Of a stretch of DNA of 64,000 bases, positions 48,295 to 61,355 are shown one piece after another. Position 1 is the first letter of the stretch. Each line of letters starts with the position of its first letter. The stretch comes from Azolla caroliniana (taxonomy: Eukaryota > Plantae > Polypodiophyta): the NCBI GenBank assembly GCA_043228905.1, contig JBHGNT010000007.1, positions 19,406,001 through 19,470,000 on the forward strand. Reading direction: 5' to 3'. The position numbers and the translations under genes were made by a program. The notes below the pieces were generated by a model. That model had not been told where the DNA came from. It ran no database searches and saw nothing but the letters and a program-made list of their open reading frames with translations.

Positions 48295-51200
48295 TGTTGG
48301 GAGACAGATCCCTCCGGATGGGAAGGGAGAAGAATAGTGCCGAAACCGGATGATGAGTACCCGGCTACGGAGAGTCGGATGGTACAGACCCGGTGAAGAC
48401 CGGATGACGAGTATCCGGCTACGGAGAGCCGGTTGGTACAGACCCGGTGAAGACCGGATGACGAGTACCCGGCTACGAAGAGCCGGATGGTACAGACCCG
48501 GTGAAGACCGGATGACAAGTACCCGGCTACGGAGAGCCGAATGGTACAGACCCGGTGAAGACCGGATGAAGAGTACCCGACTGCGGAGAGCCGGATGGTA
48601 CAGACCCGGTGAGAACCGGATGAGGAGTACCCGGCTACGGAGAGCCGGATGGTGCAGACCCGGTGAGAAGTGCTCACCGGATAAAGAGACATATTCGTAA
48701 ATATGTTTCTAAGAGTCCATCATGGCTATATTTGTAAATAGCCGAAAAATCATATTAGTATAAATATGACTTAGGGCAAACTTTTAGTTATTGTTGTCAT
48801 TCTTGTTGGTGCAATGATAGAGAGAGCACGTAACTGTGTACAGAGAGTGAGAGAGAGAAAGAGGTCGTTGCCTCTGTTGTAACCGCCGCCTGTGGCGAAG
48901 ATCATGAGCACGAGGTCGTTGCCTCCGTGAACTCACTGTTGTACATTCTAACATAGTGATAGTTTGTAGCCTGTGGGTTGCCGTGGTTTTTCCCTTAGTT
49001 TGGGTTTTCCACGTAAACATCCTGCGTACTTTTCTCGTCTTCGTGTCGTGCATTCTTTCACCGTTTTTTCTGTGTATGATTCTAAGCTCGGTTGTGGCCA
49101 AGCATTGCGCATAAGGAACGTGAGTTCCCGTCAAGTGGTATCAGAGCAAAACGACACAGAAAATGGACGATTCGTTGGGAGGCATGTTCAAGCTCACCGG
49201 CTCCAACTATTCGGTATGGAAGTCGAAGATGAGGGACATGCTCGTGGTTAAAGATCTTTGGCTACCGGTTCAGTTCGGGGACAAGAGACCAGACAAAATC
49301 GACGCCACGAAATGGGAGGTGATGCACATGAAGACAACGACGTACATACGGTGCTTCATCAACATGAGCTTATACAACAACTTCAATGAAGAGAGCAAGG
49401 CTCATGAGCTCTAGGAGAAGATCGGCATTATGTTTCAAAACAAAAATGTTGTTAATCAAGTTTCGGTATTCCGGAAGCTAGTAAGACTCCGGTACCAAGA
49501 TGGCTCCAGCATGGCGGAGCACATGAATGCCTTCCAGGCACTAATACACCAGGCAACGTCATTGGAAGTACCTCTCGCCGATGAGGTACTAGCACTATTC
49601 CTGCTCGGTTCCCTCCCGGATAGTTGGGAGACGTTGGTTGTCACTTTGGGCAACGTCGGGCTGGAAGGAAAGCGGTTATCCCTAGCAAGAGTAAAGTAGA
49701 GCTTGCTAGATGAGGAGGCGCGTCGGAAAGATAAAGATACGAGCTCCAACTCCAAAGCGCTCCTTACCGAATCAGAACGTGGAAGACATAGAAACCGTAG
49801 TCCCCAGAATCGGGAGAAGTCGGGGACACGGTCAAAGTCAAGGGGGAGGCCTACTTGCTTCTATTGCGGCAAGCCGGGACACTTCCAAAAGAACTGTCGG
49901 CATTTCCGAAAAGACAAGGAAACCGACGGTACCGATTCGAAGCGGACCCCAGACCGGAACGGTAAAGACCGGAGGGGGCCGGACCGGAAGGGAACGACGG
50001 CAATCGCGGCAAGTGAAGAAGAGTTGATGCTCATCACCGAGGAGAGTGAGATAAACCTTGCCGGCGACGAGATGACCTGGGTGGTCAACTCCGGAGCGTC
50101 GTTCCACCTTACCCCGGACCGGAAATGTTTCTCATCCTACTCAGTCGGTGATCACGGCTGTGTCCGGATGGGGAATGAAGGAACATGCCGAATTGTCGAC
50201 ATAGGAGACGTGTGGCTGACAACACCAACCGGATGCAAGTTGCTGCTGAAGGATGTCTGACACGTTCCGGAGGTTTGTCTAAACCTGATATCAGCCGGTC
50301 GGCTAGATGATGAAGGCTACACAGGTAGCATCCGGAACGGCGTTATAAAGTTCAGCAAGGGGAGCCTGATTGTGGTTCTCGCCCGGAAGGTAAACACGTT
50401 GTACCTCATGAATGCCCGGTTATGTCCGGAGGAAGTGAACGTGGCATCCGACATTGCCGGTGAGCTGTGGCACAAAAGGCTGTGTCACATGAGCGAGAAG
50501 GGGATGAAGAGGCTTGCAGACGACAACCTCATTCCTGTGAAGAACGTGCACTTGGAGAAGTGCACTGATTGTCTGGCCGGTAAGCAAAACCGGACCTCCT
50601 TCCGATGATGGCCACCGATGAGACGTAATGCGCCACCGGAGTTGGTGCATACGGATGTATGTCAAGTGGACACGAAGTCACATGCAGGATCGTAGTACTT
50701 TGTGACGTTCATGGATGACCGCTGCCGGAAACTGTGGGCCACACCGTTGAAGATGAAGGATCAGGTGCTATCTGTCTTCAAAGAGCTCTACGCGAGAGTG
50801 GAAAGAGAAACCGGCCGGAAGCTGAAGGCGGTTCGAGCAGATAACGGAGGAGAATACCGGGGGCAGTTCGAGGAGTACTGCCGCTCGAAGGGAATCCGGC
50901 TCGAATTTACTGTGCCGAAGACGCCGGAACTAAACGGGCTGGCCGAGAGGATGAACCAGACCATAATGGAGAGGGTCCGGAGTATGCTTGCGCATGCAAA
51001 ACTACCCAAGAAGTTTTGGGCTGAGGCATTGTCGACGGCGACATATGTGATAAATAGATCACCCTCAGTACCCTTGGACGAAGACACGCCACACAAAGTG
51101 TGGACCGGTAAGGAAGTATCCTACCAGCATCTAAAGGTGTTCGGGTGTCTCGCGTACGTGCATGTGGCTAAGGACCGGAGAGGAAAGTTAGATCCAAAGA

Positions 51201-54004
51201 CCCGGCCATGCATATTCCTCGGCTACGGCAACGATGAGTTCGGCTACCGAGTGTGGGACCTGATCGACTAGAAAGTATTCCGGAGTCGAGATATTATCTT
51301 TATGGAGGACAAGACGCTCGCCGACTGGGAGTCGGAGAAGAAGCTAATGAACTCCGAGTCGACCGGTGAGGATCGATTCTACGATGAACAGACCCAACCA
51401 ACAAGAGACCGGTTAGCACTCGAGGAACCAGCCGGTTACGGTGAGGATACCGGACCGACAGAAGAAGAAGTAGAGGAAGCCGAAACCGGAACCGGCCAAG
51501 ACCCCGAATCGGATGAGGATGAGGAGCAAATGGGGGAGCCGGTTACCGAAGCCCAAAGACGGAGATATCCTCTTAGAGACAGAAGGGCCCCCCGGAGATT
51601 TCCGGATGCAGAGCATGTGCTGTTAACCGATGAGGGGGAGCCAGAAAGCTTCGAAGAAGCGAAGGATGACACCCACAGCCGAAAATGGTTAAGTGCCATG
51701 CAGGACGAGATGGATTCCCTGCATGAGAACCATACGTACGAATTGGTGGAGTTGCCGAAAGGAAAGCGGGCACTCCGAAATATGTGGGTATACAAGTTGA
51801 AACCGGGAGATGCCGGCAACCCTCCGAGATAAAAACCCAGGATCGTGGTAAAGGAGTTCCAGCAAAAGAAGGGCGTGGACTTCGACGAGATATTTTCCCC
51901 GGTAGTAAAGATGACCTCCATCCGGACGGTGCTGAGTATAGCGGCGAGCATGGACCTCGAGGTAGAGCAACTGGACGTGAAGACGGCATTCTTTCACGGC
52001 GACCTCGAAGAGGAGATCTACATGTAGCAACTAGAAGGATTCGTGGAGAAAGTGAAGGAGCACCTGGTATGCCGGTTGAAGAAGAGCCTGTACGGATTGA
52101 AGCAGGCTCCCCGACAATGGTACCGGAAGTTTGACTCCTTCATGACCGATCAAGGGTATCACAAGACGCAGGCCGATCACTGCATCTTTGTGAAGAAGTT
52201 TGAAGGAGGCGACTTCCTGATACTCCTTCTGTACGTGGATGAGATGTTGATCGTCGGACGGGACCAAGTCAAAATACGGATGCTGAAGAAGGCTCTCAAC
52301 CGGACCTTCTCAATGAAAGACTTGGGTCCGGCAAGACAGATGCTGGGGATGCATATTATCCGGAACCGGTCAGTGAAGCAATTATGGATGTCACAGGAGA
52401 AGTACGTGCCAAAGGTGCTTCACCGGTTCAACATGTCAGATGCGAAACCGGTCGGATCGACACTTCTGGCAAACTGCAGGTTATCTGGTAAGCAAAGCCC
52501 GAAGACGAAAGCAGAGAAGGCGAATATGATGAAGATTCCATATGCCTCTGCCGTCGGGAGCTTAATGTACGCAATGGTTTGTACCCGACCGGATATGGGA
52601 TACGCAGTCGGAGTGGTGAGCTGGTTTATGAGCAATCCCGGCAAGGAGCACTGGAACGCGGTCAAATGGATACTCCGGTATTTGAAGGGCACTTCAAATA
52701 TGTGTCTTCGATTCGGCTCCGGAAAACCTCAACTTGACGGTTTCACCGATTCGGACATGTCGGCTGATGTGGATACCAGCTGGTCCACATCCGGGTATGC
52801 AATGACCTATGCAAGGGGAGCTGTTTCGTGGCAGTCGAGGCTGCAGAAGACGGTTGCATTGTCAACCACGGAGGCGGAGTACATGGCGGCTGTGGAAGCC
52901 GGCAAGGAAATATTATGGATGAAGGACTTCATCGGAGAGCTCGGTATTCGGCAAAATGAATATCGGCTCTATTGCGACAGTCAAAGTGTCATCCACCTTG
53001 CTAAGAATGCGGCCTACCATTCCCGGACGAAGCATATTGAGCGAAGGTATCACTGGATCCGGGAAAGAGTAGATGACCAGGAGTTCGCACTGACGAAGAT
53101 CCACACGGCCGAGAACAGGTCAGATATGCTGACCAAAGTGTTGATACCCGACAAGCTAGATGCATGTCGAAAGAGGATCGGACTAGTAAGACACCCCATG
53201 CCGGAGTGAAGGAGGAGTTTGTTGGGAGACAGGTCCCTTCGGATGGGAAGGGAGAAGAACAATGCTGAAACCGGATGACGAGTACCTGGCTACGGAGAGC
53301 CGGATGGTACAGACCCGGTGAAGACCGGATGATGAGTACTTGGCTACGGAGAGCCGGATGGTACAGACCCCGTGAAGACCGGATGACGAGTACCCGGCTA
53401 CGGAGAGTCGGATGGTACAGACTCGGTGAAGACCTGATGACGAGTACCTGGCTACGGAGAGCCGGATGGTACAGACCCGGTGAGAACCGGATGAGGAGTA
53501 CCCGGCTACGGAGAGCCGGATGGTGCAGACCCGGTGAGAAGTGCTCACCGGATGAAGAGACATATTCGTAAATATGTTTCTGAGAATCCATCATGGCTAT
53601 ATTTGTAAATAGCCGAAAAGTCATATTAGTATAAATATGACTTAGGGCAAACTTTTAATTGTTGTTGTCATTCTTGTTGGTGCAAGGATAGAAAGAGCGC
53701 GTAATTGTGTACAGAGAGTGAGAGAGAGAAAGAGGTCGTTGCCTCTGTTGTAACCGCCGCTTGTGGCGAAGATCGTGAGCACGAGGTCGTTGCCTCCGTG
53801 AACTCACGGTTGTACATTCTAACATAGTGATAGTTTGCAGCTTGTGGGCTGCCGTGGTTTTTCCCTTAGTTTGGGTTTTCCACGTCAACATCCTGCGTAC
53901 TTTTCTCTTCTTCGTGTCGTGCATTCTTTCACCGTTTTTTCTATGTATGATTCTAAGCTCGGTTGTGGCCGAGCGTTGCGCATAAGGAACGTGAGTTCCC
54001 GTCA
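48295..54004 (+). mobile_element. Full-length Ty1/copia (TNT1-like) with premature stops; TSD TTTAC
   Basis: LTRs 48295-49133 and 53220-54004, PBS TGGTATCAGAGC, gag-PR-INT-RT-RH at 49163-53209, PPT, TTTAC on both sides. Confidence 0.97.
48345..48668 (+). repeat. 54-bp tandem repeat x6 in the 5' LTR (x5 in the 3' LTR, ~53270-53540)
   Basis: Unit accggatgacgagtacccggctacggagagccggatggtacagacccggtgaag. LTR lengths are 839 and 785 bp. Confidence 0.95.
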
Positions 54005-54023
54005 TTTACCTACTGCTATCTAA

Positions 54024-57000
54024 TGTTAGGAAACAGGTCCCTCCGGATGGGAAGCGAGAAGACCCGGTGAGAACCGGATGTGGAGTCCTCGGCAACGGAA
54101 GAACCGGTGAGAACCGGATATGGAGTACCTGGCAACGGAAGACCCAGTGAGGACCGGATGTGGAGTCCCCGACAACGGAAGACCCGGTGAGAACCGGATG
54201 TTGTAGGCCCGGTGAGAACCTCTCATCGGATGGAAGGGACATATATGTAAATATGTTCCAGAGAGCCCATTGGGGCTATATTTGTAAATAGCCCGAAAGT
54301 CATATTAGTATAAATATGACCTAGGGCAAACATGATGTAGAGTTGGTTGTGTGATTATCGTTGTGGCGATAATTCTGAGTGCAATTGTGTACACACAGAG
54401 AGAGAGAGGACAAGAGAGGAAGAGGTTGTTGCCTCTATTGTAACCGCCTGGTGGCGAAGCGAGGGAGCAAGAGGTCGTTGGCTCTGTGCCCCATTGTTGT
54501 AATCTTGATATAGTGATATTTTGCAGTCGGAGGGCTGCCGTGGTTTTTCCCATATTTGGGTTTTGCACGTTTACATCCAGTGCACTCTCTTCTTTACTAT
54601 TTCATGTGTAGATACATCTCTCCACATCCCTGTTTTCTGTGATTGATCCGACGTCTCGGTTGTGGCCGAGCATAGCTTAGAGAAGCGTATTCCCATCAAA
54701 TTGGTATCAGAGCGAAACGACACAGAAAAATGGACGATTCGTTGGGAGGCATGTTCAAGCTCACCGGCTCCAACTATTCAGTGTGGATGTCGAAGATGAG
54801 GGACATGCTCGTGGTTAAAGATCTTTGGCTGCCGGTTCAGTTCAGGGACAAGAGACCGGACAAAATCGATGCCATGATATGGGAGGTGATGCACATGAAG
54901 ATAGCGGCGTACATACGGTGCTTCATCGACATGAGTGTATATAACAACAGCAATGAAGAGAGCAAGGCTCATGAGCTCTAGGAGAAGATCAACATTATGT
55001 TTCAGAACAAAAATGTTGTTAATTAGGTTTCGGTATTTCTGAAGCTAGTAAGACTCCGGTACCAAGATGGCTCCAGCATGGCGAAGCACATGAATGCCTT
55101 CCAGGGGCTGATCCACCAAGCAACATCATTGGAAGTACCTCTCGCCAATGAGGTACTAGCACTACTCCGGCTCAGTTCCCTCCCGGATAGCTGGGAGACG
55201 TTGGTTGTCACTTTCGGCAATGCCGGGCCGGAACGGAAATGGTTATCCCTAGCAAGAGTGAAGTCGAGCTTGCTAGATGAGGAAGCGCATCGGAAAGATA
55301 AGGATACGAGCTCCGACTCCAAAGCGCTCCTTACCGAATCGGAACGCGGAAGACAAAGGAACCATACTCCCCAGAACCGGGAAAAGTCGGGGACACGGTC
55401 AAAGTCAAGGGGGGGGCCTACCTGCTTCTATTGGTGCAAGCCGGGACACTTCTAGAAGAACTGTCGGCACTTCCGAAAAGACAAGGAAACCGATGGTCCC
55501 GATTCAAAGCGGATACCAGACCGGAACGGTAAAGACCGGAGGGGAACGGACCGGAAGGGAACGACGGCAATCGCGGCAAGTGAAGAAGAGTTGATGCTCA
55601 TCACCGAGGAGAGTGAGATAAACCTTGCCGGCGACGAGATGACCTGGGTGGTCGACTCCGGAGCGTCATTCCACCTTACCCCAGACCGGAAATACTTCTC
55701 ATCCTACTCACTTGGTGATCACGGCTGTGTCCGGATGGGGAATGAAGGAACATGCCGAATTGTCGACATAGGAGACGTGTGGCTGACAACACCAACCGGA
55801 TGCAAGTTGCTACTAAAGGATGTCCAACACGTTCCGGAGGTTCGACTGAACATGATATCAATTGGTCGGCTAGATGATGAAGGCTACACGGGTCGCATCC
55901 GGAACGGAGTCATGAAATTCAGCAAAGGGAACCTGATAGTGCCTAGGCTCGGAAAGTCAACACACTATACCTAATGAATACCCGGTTATGTCCGGAGGAA
56001 GTGAATGTGGCATCCAACACTACCGGTGAGCTGTGGCACAAGAGGCTGTGTCACATGAGCGAGAAGGGGATGAAGAGGCTTGCCGATGACAACCTTATTC
56101 CAGTGAAGAACGTGCATCTTGAGAGGTGCACCGACTGCCTAGCCGGTAAACAAAACTGGACCTCCTTCCGCTCAAGGCCACCGATGAGACGTAATGCACC
56201 ATTGGAGTTGGTGCATACTGATGTGTGTCAAGTGGACACGAAGTCACATGCCGGATTGCAGTACTTCGTGACGTTCATAGATGACCACAACCGGAAGCTG
56301 TGGGCCACATTGTTGAAGAAGAAGGATCAGGTGCTATCCGTCTTTAAAGAGCTCCACGTGAGAGTGGAAAGAGAAACCGGTCGGAAGCTAAAGGCGGTTC
56401 GAGCGGATAACGGAGGAGAATACCGGGGGCAGTTCGAGGAGTACTGCCCCTCGAAGGGAATCTAGCTCGAATTTACCTTGCTGAAGACACCGGAACTAAA
56501 CGGGCTGGCCAAGAGGATGAACCGGACCATAATGGAGAGGGTCCAGAGTATGCTGGCGCATGCAAAATTACCCAAGAAGTTTTGGGCTGAGGCACTGTTG
56601 ACAACGACATACGTGATAAACAGATCACCCTCAGTACCCTTGGACAGAGCCACGCCACACAGAGTATGGACCGGTAAGGAAGTGTCCTACCGGCATCTAA
56701 AGGTATTCGGGTGTCTTGCGTACGTGCATGTAGCTGAGGACCGGAGAGGAAAGTTAGATCCGAATACCTGGCCATGCATATTCCTCGGTTACGGCGGCGA
56801 TGAGTTCGGCTACCGAGTGTGGAACCCTGTCGACTAGAAAGTATTCCGGAGTCGAGATATTATCTTCATGGAGGACAAGACGCTCACCGACTAGGAGTCG
56901 GAGAAGAAGATAATGAACTCCGAATCAATCGGTAAGGATCAATTCTACGATGAGCAGACCAAACCGGCAAGAGACCGGTTAGCACTCGATGAACCGGCCG

Positions 57001-59479
57001 GTGACGGTAAGGAGACAAGATAGGCCGAAGAAGAAGGAATAGGTGAAACCGGAACCGGACAAGACCCCGAATAAGATTCGGATGAAGCGCAAATGGAGGA
57101 GCTGGTTATCGAAGCCCAAGGACACAGATATCCTCTTAGAGAGAGAAGGGCCCCCCGGAGATTTCCGGATCTAGAGCACGTGTTGCTAACCGATGAGGGG
57201 GAGCCAGAAAGCTTCGAGGAAGCTAAAAGTGATGCCCATAGTCACAAATGATTAAGTGCCATGCAGGATGAGATGGATTCCTTGCATGAGAACCATACGT
57301 ACAAATTGGTGGAGTTGCCGAAAGGAAAGCGGGCACTCCGAAACAAGTGGGTGTACAAACTGAAACCAGGAGATGTCGGCAACCCTTCGAGATACAAAGC
57401 CAGGATCATGGTGAAGGGGTTCTAGCAGAAGAAGGGCGTGGACTTCGACAAGATATTTGTCCTGGTAGTAAAGATGACTTCTATCCAGACGGTGCTAAAT
57501 ATAGCGGCAAGCATGGACCTTGTGGTGGAGCAGCTGGACGTGAAGACGACATTCCTTCACGGTGACCTCAAAGAGGAGATCTACATGCAGCAACCGGAAC
57601 AATTCGTGGAGAAAGGGAAGGAGCACTTGGTTTGCCGGTTGAAGAAGAGCCTGTACGGACTGAAGCAAGCTCTCCGACAATGGTACCGGAAGTTCGACTC
57701 CTTCATGACCGATCAAGGGTACCGCAATACGCAGGCCGATCACTGCGTATTTGTGAAGAAGTTTGAAGGTGGAGACTTCCTGATACTCCTCCTGTACGTG
57801 GATGACATGTTGATCGTCGGACAAGACCAAGCCAAAATATGGATGTTGAAGAAGGCTCTTAAGCGAACTTTCTGAAGGAAAGACTTGGGCCCAACAAGGC
57901 AAATACTGGGGATGCACATCATCCGGGACCGGTCAAAGAAGCAATTGTGGTTGTCACAGGAGAAATACGTAACAAAGGTGCTTCAGCGGTTCAACATGTT
58001 AGAAGCGAAACCGGTCGGATCGACACTCCCGGCAAACTGCAGATTATCCGGTAAGCAAAGCCCGAAGACAAAAGTAGAGAAGGCGGATATGGTGAAGGTT
58101 CCATATGCCTCTGCCGTCGGGAGCTTAATGTACGCAATGGTGTGTACTCGACCGGATATTGGATACGCAGTCGGAGTGGTGAGCCAGTTTATGAGCAATC
58201 CCGGTTGGGAGCACTGGAACGCGGACAAATGGATACTCTAGTACTTGAAGGGCACTTCGAATATGTGTCTCCAATTCGGCTCCGGTAAACCTCAACTTGA
58301 CGGTTTTACCGATTCGAACATGTCGGTTCATGTGGACACCAGCCGGTCTACATTCGGGTATGAAATGACATATGTAGGGGGAGTTGTTTCGTGGCAGTCG
58401 AGGCTACAGAAGACGGTTGCGTTGTCAACCACGGAAGCGGAGTACATGGCGGTTGTGGAAGCCGGCAAGGAAATATTATGGATGAAGGACTTCATCGGAG
58501 AGCTCGGTATCCGGCAAGATGAATACCGGCTCTATTGCGACAATCAAAGTGCCATCCACCTTACTAAGAACGCAGCGTACCATTCCAAAACGAAGCACAT
58601 CTAGTGTAGGTATCACTGGATCCGGGAGCGAGTAGAAGATCGAGAGTTCGCGCTGACGAAGATCCACACGGCCGAGAACGGGTCAGATATGCTGACCAAA
58701 GTACTGATACCCGACAAGCTGGATGCATGTCGGAAACGGATCGGACTAGTAAGATATCCCATGCCGGAGTGAAGGGGGAGTTTGTTAGGAAACAGGTCCC
58801 TCCGGATGGGAAGTGAGAAGACCCGGTGAGAACCGGATGTGGAGTCCCCGGCAACGGAAGACCCGGTGAGAACCGGATGTGGAGTCCCCGGCAACGGAAG
58901 ACCCGGTGAGAACCGGATGTGGAGTACCTGGCAACGGAAGACCCAGTAAGGACCGGATGTGCAGTCCCCGGCAACGGAAGACCCGGTGAGAACCGGATGT
59001 TGCAGGCCCGGTGAGAACCTCTCATCAGATGGAAGGGACATATATGTAAATATGTTCCAGAGAACCCATTGGGGCTATATTTGTAAATAGCCCGAAAGTC
59101 ATATTAGTATAAATATGACCTAGGGCAAACATGATGTAGAGTTGGTTGTGTGATTATCGTTGTGGCGATAATTCTGAGCGCAATTGTGTACAGAGAGAGA
59201 GAGAGAGGACAAGAGAGGAAGAGGTTGTTGCCTCTGTTGTAATCGCCTGGTGGCGAAGCGAGGGAGCAAGAGGTCTGTTGTAATCTTGATATAGTGATAT
59301 TTTGCAGTCTGAGGGCTGCCGTGGTTTTTCCCATATTTGGGTTTTCCACGTTAACATCCAGTGCACTCTCTTCTTTACTATTTCGTGTGTAGATACATCT
59401 CTCCACATCCCTGTTTTCTGTGATTGATCCGACGTCTCGGTTGTGGCCAAGCATAGCTTAGAGAAGCGTATTCCTATCA
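54024..59479 (+). mobile_element. Full-length Ty1/copia, same internal family with a different LTR type; TSD TCTAA
   Basis: LTRs 54024-54698 and 58783-59479, PBS at 54702, gag-pol at 54730-58772 with stops, PPT GAAGGGGGAG, TCTAA on both sides. Confidence 0.97.
54061..54200 (+). repeat. 40-bp tandem repeat x3.5 in the 5' LTR (x4.5 in the 3' LTR, 58820-59000)
   Basis: Unit gacccggtgagaaccggatgtggagtccccggcaacggaa. Confidence 0.95.
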
Positions 59480-60400
59480 TCTAATACCTATTATGTTTCA
59501 CATATGTTACTATTATGGCCCACGGACAACAATAACTACAAACATTTATTAGTTATTGAATCACGATAGGATTGATGACAATTGATGAGTGAAGGGTCCT
59601 ACAATGTGTGTGTGTAACAAACAAACTATACTCATAATCCACGCATGTTCAACCTCAAAAAAATATTTTAAACTCATGACCCAATTAAGTATCATGAGTC
59701 AAACAAACACATTATCGACACCTAGATAGTGAGAAATATTAAACGGGAAATCTAGTTTGGGTTTATGTGCTCAAATTTAAATCTTAGACAAATTAATAGT
59801 TACACAAAAGGACATTTCCAATCATCGAGGTGTTGGCTAGACACATTGGGGGTGGGAGTTGAACTACACCTAATTCAAAGCAAAGGCATAAACCAACTTA
59901 GCTCAACAAGTATCACTATGACCCCTATATATGACACTGAAACATAAATGCAAACCTCAACTTGTTAGGACACACTAGACATGCCATACCTTTAGAGTCA
60001 AAAACTATAGAAAAAGGGATAGACCTCTAGTCCATAATGGGAAGAGTTAGAACTACAGGCTATACTACTTGAAACAAAACTAAGAACATAACTTTGTAAC
60101 ATACAATGTCCTATGTAAGTTGGCGCCAAGTAAACATGAGTTGACCAAAGTAATGGGTCACCAAACACCTAGGAAGTCTGTTACTAGTGAAGATTCATAA
60201 CTAGGTACAAGAACTTTGATACAACACGCTCCATTAAAGTTTACCATTCTAGACATTGTCAATCTAGTCCACTCCCATACACATTCCTCTCACGTTCACA
60301 ATGTGCACTTTCGATTGCAGCATTTATCAATAAAATTCTTGAATGTTGAGAGTTGCTACTCAATTCCCCACTTACTACGTAAATGTTATTCAATTTTAGT

Positions 60401-60435
60401 CACATATGTTATATTTGATCTATGAGGACAATAAT

Positions 60436-60513
<78 letters not shown>

Positions 60514-61355
60514 GGTGAAAACACACAATTATATTAATAAATGTGTGTAAAAAAACACTACTTACAATGGGTGTGACAATGAAGTATGGTCACCCACTAA
60601 CTACATTACATGGGTAGTGGAACATGTTGAATTGCCAATAGGCAAGACGAACACTCCACCGAGGAAAGAATCTCCACTTGCTCCAATAAAGAAAATTGCC
60701 ACATTAGTACTCTCTTCAACTTTTGTAGATATGCTTTCACTCCATGTCTACCACATATGTTATATTTGATCTATGAGGACAATAATAAAATCTCTCTCTC
60801 TCTCTCTCTCTTTTGGTGAAAACACACAATTATATTAATAAATGTGTGTAAAAAAACACTACTTACAATGGGTGTGACAATGAAGTATGGTCACCCACTA
60901 ACTACATTACATGGGTAGTGGAACATGTTGAATTGCCAATAGGCAAGACGAACACTCCACCGAGGAAAGAATCTCCACTTGCTCCAATAAAGAAAATTGC
61001 CACATTAGTACTCTCTTCAACTTTTGTAGATATGCTTTCACTCCATGTCTACCACATATGTTATATTTGATCTATGAGGACAATAATAAAATCTCTCTCT
61101 CTCTCTCTCTCTTTTGGTGAAAACACACAATTATATTAATAAATGTGTGTAAAAAAACACTACTTACAATGGGTGTGACAATGAAGTATGGTCACCCACT
61201 AACTACATTACATGGGTAGTGGAACATGTTGAATTGCCAATAGGCAAGACGAACACTCCACCGAGGAAAGAATCTCCACTTGCTCCAATAAAGAAAATTG
61301 CCACATTAGTACTCTCTTCAACTTTTGTAGATATGCTTTCACTCCATGTCTACCA
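60401..61355. repeat. Triplicated ~301-bp unit spanning flank, (CT)n and the LINE 3' end
   Basis: Units start at 60401, 60752 and 61053 and look identical apart from (CT)n length. Confidence 0.93.

Larger units (their letters stand above)
46201..59531 (-). mobile_element. Ty3-type element C: deleted derivative keeping the 3' LTR (46201-46752), the extra ORF 3' half and a partial 5' LTR split by two copia insertions
   Basis: 48212-48294 + 54010-54023 + 59485-59531 reconstitute a copy of 46610-46752. Confidence 0.8.

Noticed and set aside
48345-48700. Regular repeats and repeat-peptide ORFs (MTSTRLRRAGWYRPGEDR)n resembling a CRISPR array or repeat protein
   Set aside because: Head-to-tail 54-bp units without unique spacers, located inside copia LTRs; the ORFs arise because 54 is a multiple of 3.
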